From the NCBI RefSeq assembly GCF_000142905.1, contig NW_013657679.1, forward strand, positions 188,657 through 252,656: DNA of 64,000 nt. Reading direction: 5' to 3'. Position 1 is the stretch's first letter, and each line of letters starts with the position of its first letter. Source of the DNA: Thecamonas trahens ATCC 50062 (lineage: Eukaryota; Protista; Apusomonadida). The notes beneath the pieces were generated by a model that saw nothing but the letters and a program-made list of their open reading frames with translations, was not told the DNA's origin and ran no database searches. Of the stretch, positions 42,618 through 52,359 are shown piece after piece. The translations under genes and the position numbers were made by a program.

Positions 42618-45413
42618 ATGAGCATATGGCAGAGTAAGGTGGTGCGGTCGACTACGGCGGTGTTTGTTCTCGGACTAGTCTTCCAGACCGTCTTCTTCTA
42701 CTCTATCTTTGACGTCTACTTTCAGTCGCCGCTGGTGACGGGCGTGCCGTCTGTCCAAGTCCCGTCGGGCGCGCCGGCAAAGCGTCTGGTTCTCTTTGTG
42801 GCCGACGGCCTCCGCGCTGCCTCGTTCTTTGAGCGCAAGCCTGACGGGACACCACGCGCTCCGTATCTAAGGTCTGTCATCGAGCATCGTGGCTCATGGG
42901 GCGTGAGCCACACCCGAGTGCCCACAGAGTCGCGCCCAGGCCACGTCGCTCTCCTCGCTGGCTTTTACGAGGACGTCTCAGCCGTGACCAAGGGCTGGGC
43001 CGCCAACCCAGTCGAGTTTGACTCTGTCATCAACCAGTCACGGGTGACGGTGGCGCTTGGCTCGCCCGACATTGTGCCGATGTTCGTGGATGAGGTCCCG
43101 CACGCCCATGGGCTCACCTACGACGCTGCCATGGAGGACTTTGCCCTCGCCTCGTCGTCGGTCTCGCTTGACGATTGGGTCTTTAATCGGGTCGGTGGTA
43201 TTCTCGACAAGCCAGGCTCCGCCTTTCCGGGCCTCGAGCCCGAGGCCCTCGATGGGCCGGGCACCCTCTTCTTCCTCCACCTGCTAGGCATCGACACTGC
43301 CGGCCACGCCAAGAAGCCGGCGTCAGACGAGTACCTGGCCAACATCGAGGCTGTCGACGCGGGTGTCGAGCGGATTGTGGCTCTGTTTGAGGCCAAGTAC
43401 GGGCGCGCCGAGGAGGCCGGGACCGCCTTTGTGTTTACTGCTGATCATGGCATGTCGAACCGCGGCTCGCACGGCGACGGCGATCCACACAACACACAGA
43501 CCCCTCTGGTGACGTGGGGCGCTGGTGTGCGCCGGCCGGTGAAGCTTCCGGTCGAGGCGCGACAGCCCGGCCGCGATCCGCCTGGCTGGGGCCTGGACGC
43601 CTACGAGCGGAAGGATGTCGAGCAGGCCGAGGTGGCCTCGCTGATGGCCTCGCTCCTTGGGCTGCGGTACCCGACCAACGCGGTAGGGTTGCTCCCCATC
43701 GAGTACCTCAATGTGGCGACGTCGTACAAGCTTGACTCGCTGGTTGCCAACGCCGCAGCTATCTACCAGCAGTTCAAGGTCAAGACTGCGGCAGTGCGGG
43801 CGCGAGTGCTCTTGTTCAAGCCGTACGTTCCGCTCATCTTTGGCGAGTCGTACTTCTCCAAGATCTCGCAGTATGTGAGCGATGGGCACGCGGGGCAGGC
43901 TATTGCCATGGCCCGCCGCGTCGTCCAGCTCTCGCAGGACGGACTCTACTACCTCCTCACCTACGACTGGGCTTTTCTCATGACCTTTATCATTCTGGGC
44001 TACGTCTCGTTTGGCGCGCTCATGGTTGTCTGGGTGGTACGTAGCTACGGGCTGAGCTCAAGCGATGCTGCGATGCTGGTGGCTGCAAGCAGGTCGAAGG
44101 AAGCCGCCAAGTATGAGCGGTTTGTTGAGTGCGTGACGGGAGTGGTTGTGGCCGCGCTGACGTGGCTCCTCTGGATCGAGTCTGCTCCGTGGCGGTACTA
44201 CCTCTACGTCGGCTTTCCACTCTTCTTTCTCCACCTCCTCGCCAAGGCCCAGCTCGGACTTGTGTTCGAGGCGGCTGTGGGCGGCGAGGCGAGCGGGATG
44301 GCGCGGGCGGCGGCAGTGGGGTGCGGAGTGGGCTTTGTCGAGCTCATGGTCGCCTCGTATTTTTACCGCGAGGTCTACACCCTCTGCTTCCTTGTTCTTG
44401 CCCTGTGGCCAACGACGCGCTGGTGGCCGGCGCGGGCGCAGGGTGCAGTGCAGGGTGCATGGATTGCAAGCTGCGTCAGCCTCTCGGTCTTCACTCTGCT
44501 TCCAGTTGAGATGGAGTCGTCGATTGCGCTGGTGGTGGGCGGGCTCGGACTAGGCCTTGCGGGCGTGTTGTGGCTGATCGAGGCTGATCCTGCGGGCACT
44601 GGCGTGGGCCAGTTGCCAAAGCAGCTGCTGCGGCTGCAAATGGTGGTTGCAGCCTTTGCCGGTGCCCTCGTGTGGCAGACGGAGACCTTGCTGGCGCGCG
44701 GGGCGCGTGTGCCAACGAGCAACCTCGTCCTTGCGTGGGGCTTGAGCCTGGCTGGGCTTGTGGGTCCGCTCTTCTCGCCACGGCATTGGCTGTGGCGGAC
44801 GGTCTCGCTCTACCTCGGCCTCGCGCCTGCGCTTGTCCTCCTCTCGGTCCACTACGAAATGCTGTTCTTTACGGCGCTTCTTGGGTCGCTGGTGGCTTGG
44901 ATTGTGATTGAGGCAGCGGGTGAGGACGGAGGAGGCTTGCAGCGGGCGCTTTCGCTCCGCGACGTGCGGACTGGGGGAATGGTGCTGCTCTACATCAACG
45001 TGGCGTTTTTCGGGACCGGCAACGTGGCGTCGATGTCGTCGTTTGAGATCAGCTCGGCCTTTCGGTTTGTGACTGTCTTTCGCCCATGGGTTATGGGCGC
45101 TCTGCTTGTGTTCAAGGTACTGATTCCGATTGCGCTCGTCTCGTGCGCGCTCGGCTTTGTGGGCCGTGTGCTCAAGGTGCCAAACATGGCGCTTTTCTTC
45201 CTCGTGGTGGCCATGAGTTCCGTCTGCTCGCTCAACTTTTTCTTCCTTGTCAAAACCCAAGGCGCGAGTTGGAAGGAGATTGGGAACTCGATCTCGCACT
45301 TTGCGATCCAGAATGCATTCCAGCTCCTGCTTACCGTCTTGTACGGTCTCGCCAACGTGGTGAGCTTTGGGGCGGGCTTGCCATTTGAGAGCGGTCCGGT
45401 TAAGGTCGAGTAG
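42618..45413 (+). CDS. PIGN: GPI ethanolamine phosphate transferase 1 (PIG-N/Mcd4)
   Basis: SIFDVYFQSP, RLVLFVADGLRA, SHTRVPTESRPGHVA, FLHLLGIDTAGH, TADHGMS..GSHGDG, SWKEIGNSISHF. Confidence 0.97.
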   Translation: MSIWQSKVVRSTTAVFVLGLVFQTVFFYSIFDVYFQSPLVTGVPSVQVPSGAPAKRLVLFVADGLRAASFFERKPDGTPRAPYLRSVIEHRGSWGVSHTRVPTESRPGHVALLAGFYEDVSAVTKGWAANPVEFDSVINQSRVTVALGSPDIVPMFVDEVPHAHGLTYDAAMEDFALASSSVSLDDWVFNRVGGILDKPGSAFPGLEPEALDGPGTLFFLHLLGIDTAGHAKKPASDEYLANIEAVDAGVERIVALFEAKYGRAEEAGTAFVFTADHGMSNRGSHGDGDPHNTQTPLVTWGAGVRRPVKLPVEARQPGRDPPGWGLDAYERKDVEQAEVASLMASLLGLRYPTNAVGLLPIEYLNVATSYKLDSLVANAAAIYQQFKVKTAAVRARVLLFKPYVPLIFGESYFSKISQYVSDGHAGQAIAMARRVVQLSQDGLYYLLTYDWAFLMTFIILGYVSFGALMVVWVVRSYGLSSSDAAMLVAASRSKEAAKYERFVECVTGVVVAALTWLLWIESAPWRYYLYVGFPLFFLHLLAKAQLGLVFEAAVGGEASGMARAAAVGCGVGFVELMVASYFYREVYTLCFLVLALWPTTRWWPARAQGAVQGAWIASCVSLSVFTLLPVEMESSIALVVGGLGLGLAGVLWLIEADPAGTGVGQLPKQLLRLQMVVAAFAGALVWQTETLLARGARVPTSNLVLAWGLSLAGLVGPLFSPRHWLWRTVSLYLGLAPALVLLSVHYEMLFFTALLGSLVAWIVIEAAGEDGGGLQRALSLRDVRTGGMVLLYINVAFFGTGNVASMSSFEISSAFRFVTVFRPWVMGALLVFKVLIPIALVSCALGFVGRVLKVPNMALFFLVVAMSSVCSLNFFFLVKTQGASWKEIGNSISHFAIQNAFQLLLTVLYGLANVVSFGAGLPFESGPVKVE

Positions 45414-45480
45414 CGGGTAATACGAATTGTTGTGTCAGCAAGTGTCACAGCAATTGGGTGTGTAGCTCCAAGTCGTGGTG

Positions 45481-46622
45481 CTATGTGGCGTCGACCAGAG
45501 TAACAAAGGTGGCCGGGAAGAGGCCCTCTTCGTCGCCGAGCCGGCCAAACCACCAGCCGCTCTCGTCCTCTTCGATGACCTCGATGAGGTCGCCCTTTTT
45601 GAAGGAGATGTCCGACTCGGGATCGCCAGCATACTTGGCGACAGCGCGAGCGTAAACAACGGGAGGGGCGGGCGAGGTCGTGGGTGTGTCGGCTGCGTCG
45701 GCGGCGGAGGCAGGCGGCTGCAACGCAGGCGTCGGCTGGGAGGTGGAGGTGGAGGCCGAGGACGGCGGCGGCGGAGGGGTTTCGCCCCAGGTATTCGCCC
45801 CCTGAGCAGAGGAGAGCTTTCGCTGGGCATCGGCGTGGAGGGTGAGACGGCGGATGCGTAGGGCTTCGTTGATGGGTGGCGGGACGGGCGGCGGCTCGGC
45901 GGCGGCGTCAAACTGGTTAGACGAGCCGATGAGGACCACGTGGTTTGCGGGGAAGCGGCCAGAGACAGAGCCGATCTTGCCCTCCCACCATGCACCGCCC
46001 TCGTCGGGATCCGAGTCGAGGACGACAATGTCGCCGACGGCGAGCGAGATCTCGCCGGGGCGTTCAGCGGTAAAGGCAAACATGGCGCGGGCCTGGGGAG
46101 GGGCACGCTTTGTGGTATTCTTGAGGACGGCCGAGACGTCTGCAGCCCGATCCGATCCGGACTTGCCTGACTCACCGATGAGGGTGCGGAGTGAGAGGAA
46201 CTCGCGGACGTCCTCGAAGCGAATGAGGATGTCTGGGATAGTAAGGAGCTCGCTGAAGAAGACGTTGAACGCCTCCTTGCGCTCCTCAATGGTGGCCGGC
46301 GAGAGGCGTTTGAGGTAGTTCTTCTTGGGGAACGAGTCTGGAAAGCCTTCGATCTTCTTCTCCTTGAGCTGGGAAGTGCAAGCGGGCGGGATGTTGAGTG
46401 AGTGTGAGAGGGGAAGAGGGCAAGAGGAGAGACGGGAGACAGTGGTGGTGGTGGAAGAGAGGGGCGACGTACAGTGGCGTAGAACCTGCGGATGGCCGAG
46501 TATCTGCGGTAGATCATGACGACGCCAGCAGATGTGGCGACCGAAAAGACATAGACAGTGTACGACTTTTTCTTGTCGAACCGTGTCTCGTGGCCCTCGC
46601 AGACCACAGTGATGTCTGCCAT
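45481..46622 (-). CDS. PX-SH3-SH3 adaptor protein; intron 46472-46369
   Basis: YTVY, RRYS, FPKK, IEERK (PX); two SH3 domains (EISLAVGD...WWEG...GRFPANHV; ISFKKGD...GWWFG...GLFPATFV). Confidence 0.88.
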
Positions 46623-46944
46623 AGGGTGCGGGGTGGGGAGGTGGGGGGGTGGGGGGTGGGAGGAGGTGGTGAGGGTGGGGTGCTAGGGTGAGGGGAGAGG
46701 GAGTGTGTGTGGGTATTGGTGGTGGTGGTGGTGGTGGTTGCAGGTGACAGAGGTTGGGGGGGGGGGGGGGAGTTGGTGGTCGCCGGTTGGTTGGTTGGTG
46801 GCTTCGGCGGCAGTTGATTGGGAGGGAGGGAGGGGGGGGGAGCTGAGCGGGGGGAGACCACCACCCCACTGCAGACAGGGGAGGGTGGGGAGAAGCGAGT
46901 GTAGGAGCTGAGCCAGAGACCCGGCTGTGTAGAGTGTGCAGACC

Positions 46945-48258
46945 ATGGGCATGGATATGGACATGGAGACGGGGTCGGGTATGGGTGTCGCTGGGGTGGC
47001 CACGGGAGCGGAAGCTCGGCCTGGTGCGGGCGGGGAGGCCAGCGGGGCCAACACGCCGCCGCGCAGCAGCCGGGCAGGACGGACCATTGCCACGCAGACG
47101 CCGGTGCAGGGGGGCAGGAGCGGGCGCAGGAACAGCAGTAGCAGCGCAGAGGCCGGAGAAGGAAGAGAAAGCAATGTGTATGCAGAGGTTGCGGCGGCCG
47201 AGCAGACGTTGGACGGGTCACTGCTGATGGGGAGCATGCGGCGCGGCGAGGACAACGGTGCAGCTGGTGGCGGTGGCGGAGGTGGAGATGTAGGCGGAGT
47301 TGGAGGCAGCAGGGCTGTTCGTAGCGACGGCAAGGTCGGTGCGACGGAGATGGCACGTCGGTGGGCGAGCTGGGTGTGGGTGTGCTGTCTCGGTCCGCGG
47401 CCGTCGTCGGCAGCGTCCGGACGTCCGCCGCTGACGAGTGACGAGGAGGCGGAGCTGGGCAACCGGCGTGCGGCAGCGGTGATGTGCGGGATCGCGTTTG
47501 TGCTCGCGTTTCCGGCAGTGTTTGTTGGAGTGAGCACGTGGAGCGCGGCCGAGTGCACCGAGCCGCTCGGCGAGCACCTTGTGGTCAACGGGGTGGTCGG
47601 CGCGTGCTCTGCACTTGCGTACGCTGTGGCCTATCTCAACCGCGACAAGGTGTATGTCAACCTTGTGCAGTATACGGTTGTGGGCCTTCTTGTCCTCTTT
47701 GGCGTGGTGTGGAACGTTCTTGGGGTCATGTGGTATTCGTGGTCGGCGCAGTGCGTCCGCGACACGCCGTCGCAAGCCCTCGACACGCTTCGTGGCTTTG
47801 TCTTTGGCTACATCGTGCTGAATACCTTCCTTGAGCTTTTCTCATGCTCGTTCCTCTACTGCTTTGGCTACTGGGCCGCGCTGGGGAGTGGCGACAGCGA
47901 CGACGAGTGGGAGGTTGTGGCCGTCGCCCCGGTCGGCGACAAGGTGGTCAACGAGCCGCACATCTCGCCGCTCCGCGGCGTCGAAGTGGGAGGAGCCGGT
48001 GAGACGTCTGTCCTCGATGCTACCCTCTCGGGCTCGGACGAAGAGTGCAGACGTGAGTCGGCGTCGCGCTCGGTTGAGAGCGACGAGAGCTCGTTCGAGG
48101 AGAGTGATCGCGGGAGCGGGTGGGGCGGCGGCAAGGTGCTCCCCCCCATCGGAGCGCCCAACTCGGGCGTCGTTCACAACAACTGGCTCGGAGCGTCTGG
48201 CGGGCTCGGACGCGGCGGCGGTGCTGGATGGGGTTCAGTCGAAGGTGAAGAAGTGTAG
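46945..48258 (+). CDS. Four-TM membrane protein with low-complexity termini
   Basis: Four hydrophobic helices with a Cys in each extracellular loop (ECTEPL, AQC). Confidence 0.7.
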   Translation: MGMDMDMETGSGMGVAGVATGAEARPGAGGEASGANTPPRSSRAGRTIATQTPVQGGRSGRRNSSSSAEAGEGRESNVYAEVAAAEQTLDGSLLMGSMRRGEDNGAAGGGGGGGDVGGVGGSRAVRSDGKVGATEMARRWASWVWVCCLGPRPSSAASGRPPLTSDEEAELGNRRAAAVMCGIAFVLAFPAVFVGVSTWSAAECTEPLGEHLVVNGVVGACSALAYAVAYLNRDKVYVNLVQYTVVGLLVLFGVVWNVLGVMWYSWSAQCVRDTPSQALDTLRGFVFGYIVLNTFLELFSCSFLYCFGYWAALGSGDSDDEWEVVAVAPVGDKVVNEPHISPLRGVEVGGAGETSVLDATLSGSDEECRRESASRSVESDESSFEESDRGSGWGGGKVLPPIGAPNSGVVHNNWLGASGGLGRGGGAGWGSVEGEEV

Positions 48259-48681
48259 TGTGTGTGGTTGTTGGTTGCATGAATTGCGGTGTGGCCATGG
48301 AGAGCACCAGATGCTTGAGCATTGCCCACATGGGACGATCGAGATTGTTGTCAACTTGGGGTGCGTGTGTAGCTTCCCCCGCTCCTGGCCCCTCGCTCCT
48401 CGGCCGATCAGCCGACCGTATGAAACACACGACACGACGTGCTAGACCACCACCTTCCCCACCACTTCACCCTACCCACCCCTCACCCCCCACCCCTGCC
48501 CCCGCTCCTGCTCCCACCCACCCACCCACTCATACATCACATCTCCTCACACCTCCTCACACCTCCCTATCCCCTCTCAACTCTTCACCTCACCCCCACC
48601 CCGTACCCCCCCCCCCCCCTTTTTCCCCCTCCCCCCGCGCGCCCACCCCCTCACCCTCCTCCCGCCCGCCCACGCCCACAG

Positions 48682-49605
48682 ACACAAGCCATCAACTCGA
48701 TGTCGTTTCACTCGTCTGGCGAGTATTTGGTGACGGCGTCCGATGACGAGTCGATCCATGTGTACAACGCCAGCGATGCGAGCCAGTCGACGACGCTGTA
48801 CTCGAAAAAGTACGGCGTCGACCTCATTCGCTTCACCCACCACACCAACACGGTCGTCCACGGGTCCAAGAACGAGTGGGATCACACACTGCGGTATCTC
48901 TCGCTCCACGACAATCGCTATTTGCGGTACTTTAAGGGCCATCGTGCGCAAGTGACCAGCCTCGAGATCTCGCCAGCCGACGACACGTTCCTCTCGGGCT
49001 CGCAGGACGGATCGGTCCGGCTGTGGGACGTCCGCCTCCCGGCGTGCCAGGGCTTCCTCCGTCTCCGGCCGTCGGCCACGCCGGCTGTCGCCTTTGACCC
49101 AGAGGGCATCATCTTTGGTGTCGCCATTGCCGACGCCTCCCAGGGCCAGCACGCCGTCAAGCTCTACGACGTGCGCTCGTTTGACAAGGGTCCGTTTGCT
49201 ACCTTTGAGCTCAACCTCGGCGTCGCCGCCTCGCATCTCACCTTTGCCTCGCTCACCTTTTCACCCGACGGATCCGCCATTCTCCTCTCCACCTCAGGCG
49301 AGCCACTTGTGGTCCTTGACTCGATGGAGGGCGAGCCGCAGGCCTTCCTTCGTGGCCGCCTCAACGAGTCTGGCCTTCCGCTCGTCGCCTCCTACTCGCC
49401 CGACGGCCGCTACATCGTTTCTGGATCAGAGAACGGCGCCGTCCACCTGTGGTCATCTTCCCCCGAGCCCAACAGCCTCGTCGCTCCGGAGATTGCCACC
49501 TTTCGCGGCCACCCCGAAGCGGTCACCAACGTCGCCTGGTCGCCTACCTCGGCCCTCATCGCTTCGGGCTGCACCTCGCTCGGTCTTTGGGTTCCTCCGG
49601 CGTAA
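48682..49605 (+). CDS. WDR82: WD40 protein WDR82/Swd2 (COMPASS/CPF); 5' exon unresolved, upstream of a C-rich intron
   Basis: LYSKKYGVDLIRFTH, LRYLSLHDNRYLRYFKGH, AFDPEG, KLYDVRSFDKGPFATF. Confidence 0.93.
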   Translation, partial: TQAINSMSFHSSGEYLVTASDDESIHVYNASDASQSTTLYSKKYGVDLIRFTHHTNTVVHGSKNEWDHTLRYLSLHDNRYLRYFKGHRAQVTSLEISPADDTFLSGSQDGSVRLWDVRLPACQGFLRLRPSATPAVAFDPEGIIFGVAIADASQGQHAVKLYDVRSFDKGPFATFELNLGVAASHLTFASLTFSPDGSAILLSTSGEPLVVLDSMEGEPQAFLRGRLNESGLPLVASYSPDGRYIVSGSENGAVHLWSSSPEPNSLVAPEIATFRGHPEAVTNVAWSPTSALIASGCTSLGLWVPPA

Positions 49606-49834
49606 TTGCCCTCACTTTGTCGGCCAACAAGCTCGTCTTGGCCCTCGCCGCCTGTTTGTGACCATCTTGATGAGCCCCGAGTCCATCCTTTGTGAGCGAT
49701 AAAGGTCCAACCGGTGGCCCAAGCCACGTCAACAAACGCCTCAACTTTTGCCATCACCCACTCCCTCCCGACGACCACCCCCTCTCCCTCCCCCCCCACC
49801 CCCCAAACCTCCCACACTCCTCACAGCATCAGCC

Positions 49835-51154
49835 ATGTTTGCCCTTGCTCGTGCATCCGCCTCTGCCGCTGTGGCTGCGCCGGCAGCCGCTCGTGCCGCA
49901 GTCCGCTGCATCTCTGACGCGGCCCTTGCCCAGGAGCTGACCTTTCCCATTGTACGTCCTCTCCCTCCCCCACCCACCCCCACTCCCCACCTCGGCCCTG
50001 CCCCCCCGCCCCCTCCCCTCCCCCCTCCTCCCCCCCCCCCCCTCCCTGAACACTCATGCTACTCTCCCTCCATACAGACTCCGTTCAAGTGCCACCTCAC
50101 CGACGGCCCGCAGGTCGAGGAGATGACGACGACGGGCGCAGAGCTGCTCGAGTTTTTCAAGCTCGCCGTCCACTACCGCCGGCTGGAGCTTGTGGCCGAG
50201 AGCGCGTACAAGCAGCAGCTCATCCGCGGCTTCTGCCACCTGCACATCGGGCAGGAGGCCATTCCCATCGGGATGGAGGCGGCCATCTCCAAGGCCGACT
50301 CGGTCATTACCGCCTACCGCTGCCACACCCTGCTCAAGGCTCGTGGCGCCAGCGATGTGGAGATTCTTGCCGAGCTTCTTGGCCGCGAGGCCGGTTGCTC
50401 GCGCGGCAAGGGCGGCTCCATGCACATGTACGGCCCCGAGTTCTACGGCGGTAACGGCATTGTCGGCGCCCAGATCCCCATCGGCGCCGGCCTCGCCCTT
50501 GCCCACAAGCACGCCAACGCCAAGGCCGCCGACGACGCCAAGCGCATCGCCGTCGCGCTCTGCGGTGACGGCGCCGTTCCGCAGGGCCAAGTTCACGAGG
50601 CCTTCAACATGGCCGCTCTCTGGAAGCTGCCTGTCATCTTCTGCGTCGAGGACAACCAGTTTGGCATGGGCACTTCGGTCTCGCGCTCCAACGCCAACAC
50701 CGAGTTCTACACCATTGGCCACGGCGTCATCCCGGGCGTTCAGGTCGACGCCATGGACCCGCTTGCCGTCAAGGCCGCCTTCCAGTGGGCCCGCCAGGCC
50801 ACCATCGACAACGGACCTACCATCCTCCAGCTCAAGACCTACCGCTACCGTGGCCACTCGATGTCCGACCCGGGCACCTCCTACCGCACCCGCGACGAGG
50901 TCAAGGAGGTCCAGAAGTCCAGGGACGTCATCGAGGGCATCCGCGCTCGCGTCATTGACGCTGGTATCGCCGACGCCGCAGAGCTCAAGGCCATCGAGAA
51001 GGACATCCGCAAGACCGTCGAGGCCGCCCTTGAGGAGGCCAAGGCCTCGTCCGAGCTCCCCGCCTCGGAGCTCATCACCGACATCTACGTTGACAAGGAG
51101 TCGCAGAAGGGCTTTGTCCGTGGTGTTAGCCTCGACAAGTCATGGGTCCTGTAA
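49835..51154 (+). CDS. PDHA1: Pyruvate dehydrogenase E1 alpha, mitochondrial; intron 49952-50077
   Basis: IRGFCHL, GKGGSMHMY, FYGGNGIVGAQ, GDGA, TYRYRGHSMSDPGTSYRT. Confidence 0.97.
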   Translation: MFALARASASAAVAAPAAARAAVRCISDAALAQELTFPIVRPLPPPPTPTPHLGPAPPPPPLPPPPPPPLPEHSCYSPSIQTPFKCHLTDGPQVEEMTTTGAELLEFFKLAVHYRRLELVAESAYKQQLIRGFCHLHIGQEAIPIGMEAAISKADSVITAYRCHTLLKARGASDVEILAELLGREAGCSRGKGGSMHMYGPEFYGGNGIVGAQIPIGAGLALAHKHANAKAADDAKRIAVALCGDGAVPQGQVHEAFNMAALWKLPVIFCVEDNQFGMGTSVSRSNANTEFYTIGHGVIPGVQVDAMDPLAVKAAFQWARQATIDNGPTILQLKTYRYRGHSMSDPGTSYRTRDEVKEVQKSRDVIEGIRARVIDAGIADAAELKAIEKDIRKTVEAALEEAKASSELPASELITDIYVDKESQKGFVRGVSLDKSWVL

Positions 51155-51373
51155 GTACCTGCGATCGTCATGCTCATGACCGCAATCGTAAACACCCCTT
51201 CCCCCCCCCCCCCCCCCCGACGACTACCAGTAGCTACGATCCCTCCTCGCCTCGAATTGGCGCCGCCCCACGCCCTCCCCCTTCCCCCCCCCCCCCAGCA
51301 CCACTCCCACCTCACCCACCCGTCACCTCACCTCTTCCCTTCCCCTCCCCTCCCCACCCTCTTCTCTCTGCTC

Positions 51374-52222
51374 ATGACGCTAGTCACTCTAAGGCGTCCC
51401 GCAGTCGCCGCCACCACTGCTGGAGTGGCTCTCACCCAGGCAGCTTGCCTCCACCTTGTCGGCCCGCCGCTCGTCTGGCCACAACTCATTCTCGCCATTA
51501 CAATAGCAGCTGCGCTGAGTCTGTCGTCACCTCCCCCAACCTCGCGTCTGGCCCGCGGCTTGGTACTCACACTCTCTGCTATCGCTGCCTACGCCGGCCT
51601 CCTTGTTGTCATCGCTGCACCCTCGCCGCTTGCTGCCTCCGTCGCCATCGTCGCCCCGCTTGCTCTCTGGACTGGCCTCGCCGCGCACACTCTGACGGCG
51701 GTCTCCCCACTCGTTGCTCCTGCTCGCGCCCTCATCCTCTCATACTACGCGAGTGTACTTGTTCTACTCCTCCACGACGCACCCTATGCCTTTGTCGATA
51801 CCGAGCTGGCAACAAGCGTGGCCCTTGTCGGCACGCTTGCCATCTCGCTCGTCGCCCGCGTCGTCGACGACGCTGCAGACCCCAGCCCTGTCCGCTGGCT
51901 CGCCCTCTCGTCGGATTTGGCGGCCCGCGTCCGCCGAAGCGGCTGCTCCATCGTCAATTGGAATGCCTCTTCCGCCGCCACGCTCCTCGCCACTCCCGAG
52001 GCTGAGCTCGCCACGACAGTGGTAAGCCACCAGGGCGCGTTGTTTCTGCTTGTCACCCCGCTCGCCACCCCCCCAAGTTTGAGCTTGATCCTGTCTCCCA
52101 CGCCCCACGCCCGCATCCCGCTGTTCCGCATCTCTCTGCCGCCGCCCTCGCCCTTACCGCCATCGCCTACGAGCTGGCTGCCACTGCCCTCGCCACCCGC
52201 TTCCTCGTCCACGGCCTCATGA
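51374..52222 (+). CDS. Hypothetical multi-pass membrane protein
   Basis: About six hydrophobic segments; start uncertain. Confidence 0.55.
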   Translation: MTLVTLRRPAVAATTAGVALTQAACLHLVGPPLVWPQLILAITIAAALSLSSPPPTSRLARGLVLTLSAIAAYAGLLVVIAAPSPLAASVAIVAPLALWTGLAAHTLTAVSPLVAPARALILSYYASVLVLLLHDAPYAFVDTELATSVALVGTLAISLVARVVDDAADPSPVRWLALSSDLAARVRRSGCSIVNWNASSAATLLATPEAELATTVVSHQGALFLLVTPLATPPSLSLILSPTPHARIPLFRISLPPPSPLPPSPTSWLPLPSPPASSSTAS

Positions 52223-52359
52223 GTCTCGTCCTCGTTGGCGTTCTCGGCTGCATCGCCCTCGCCCAGCAACAGACGCCAGGTCACAGGTAGCCGTCTGCGC
52301 TCTGCTCTAGTAGGTTGTTGGGTGGAGGCACCACAGTACCTTTATTGGTTACATTGGCC

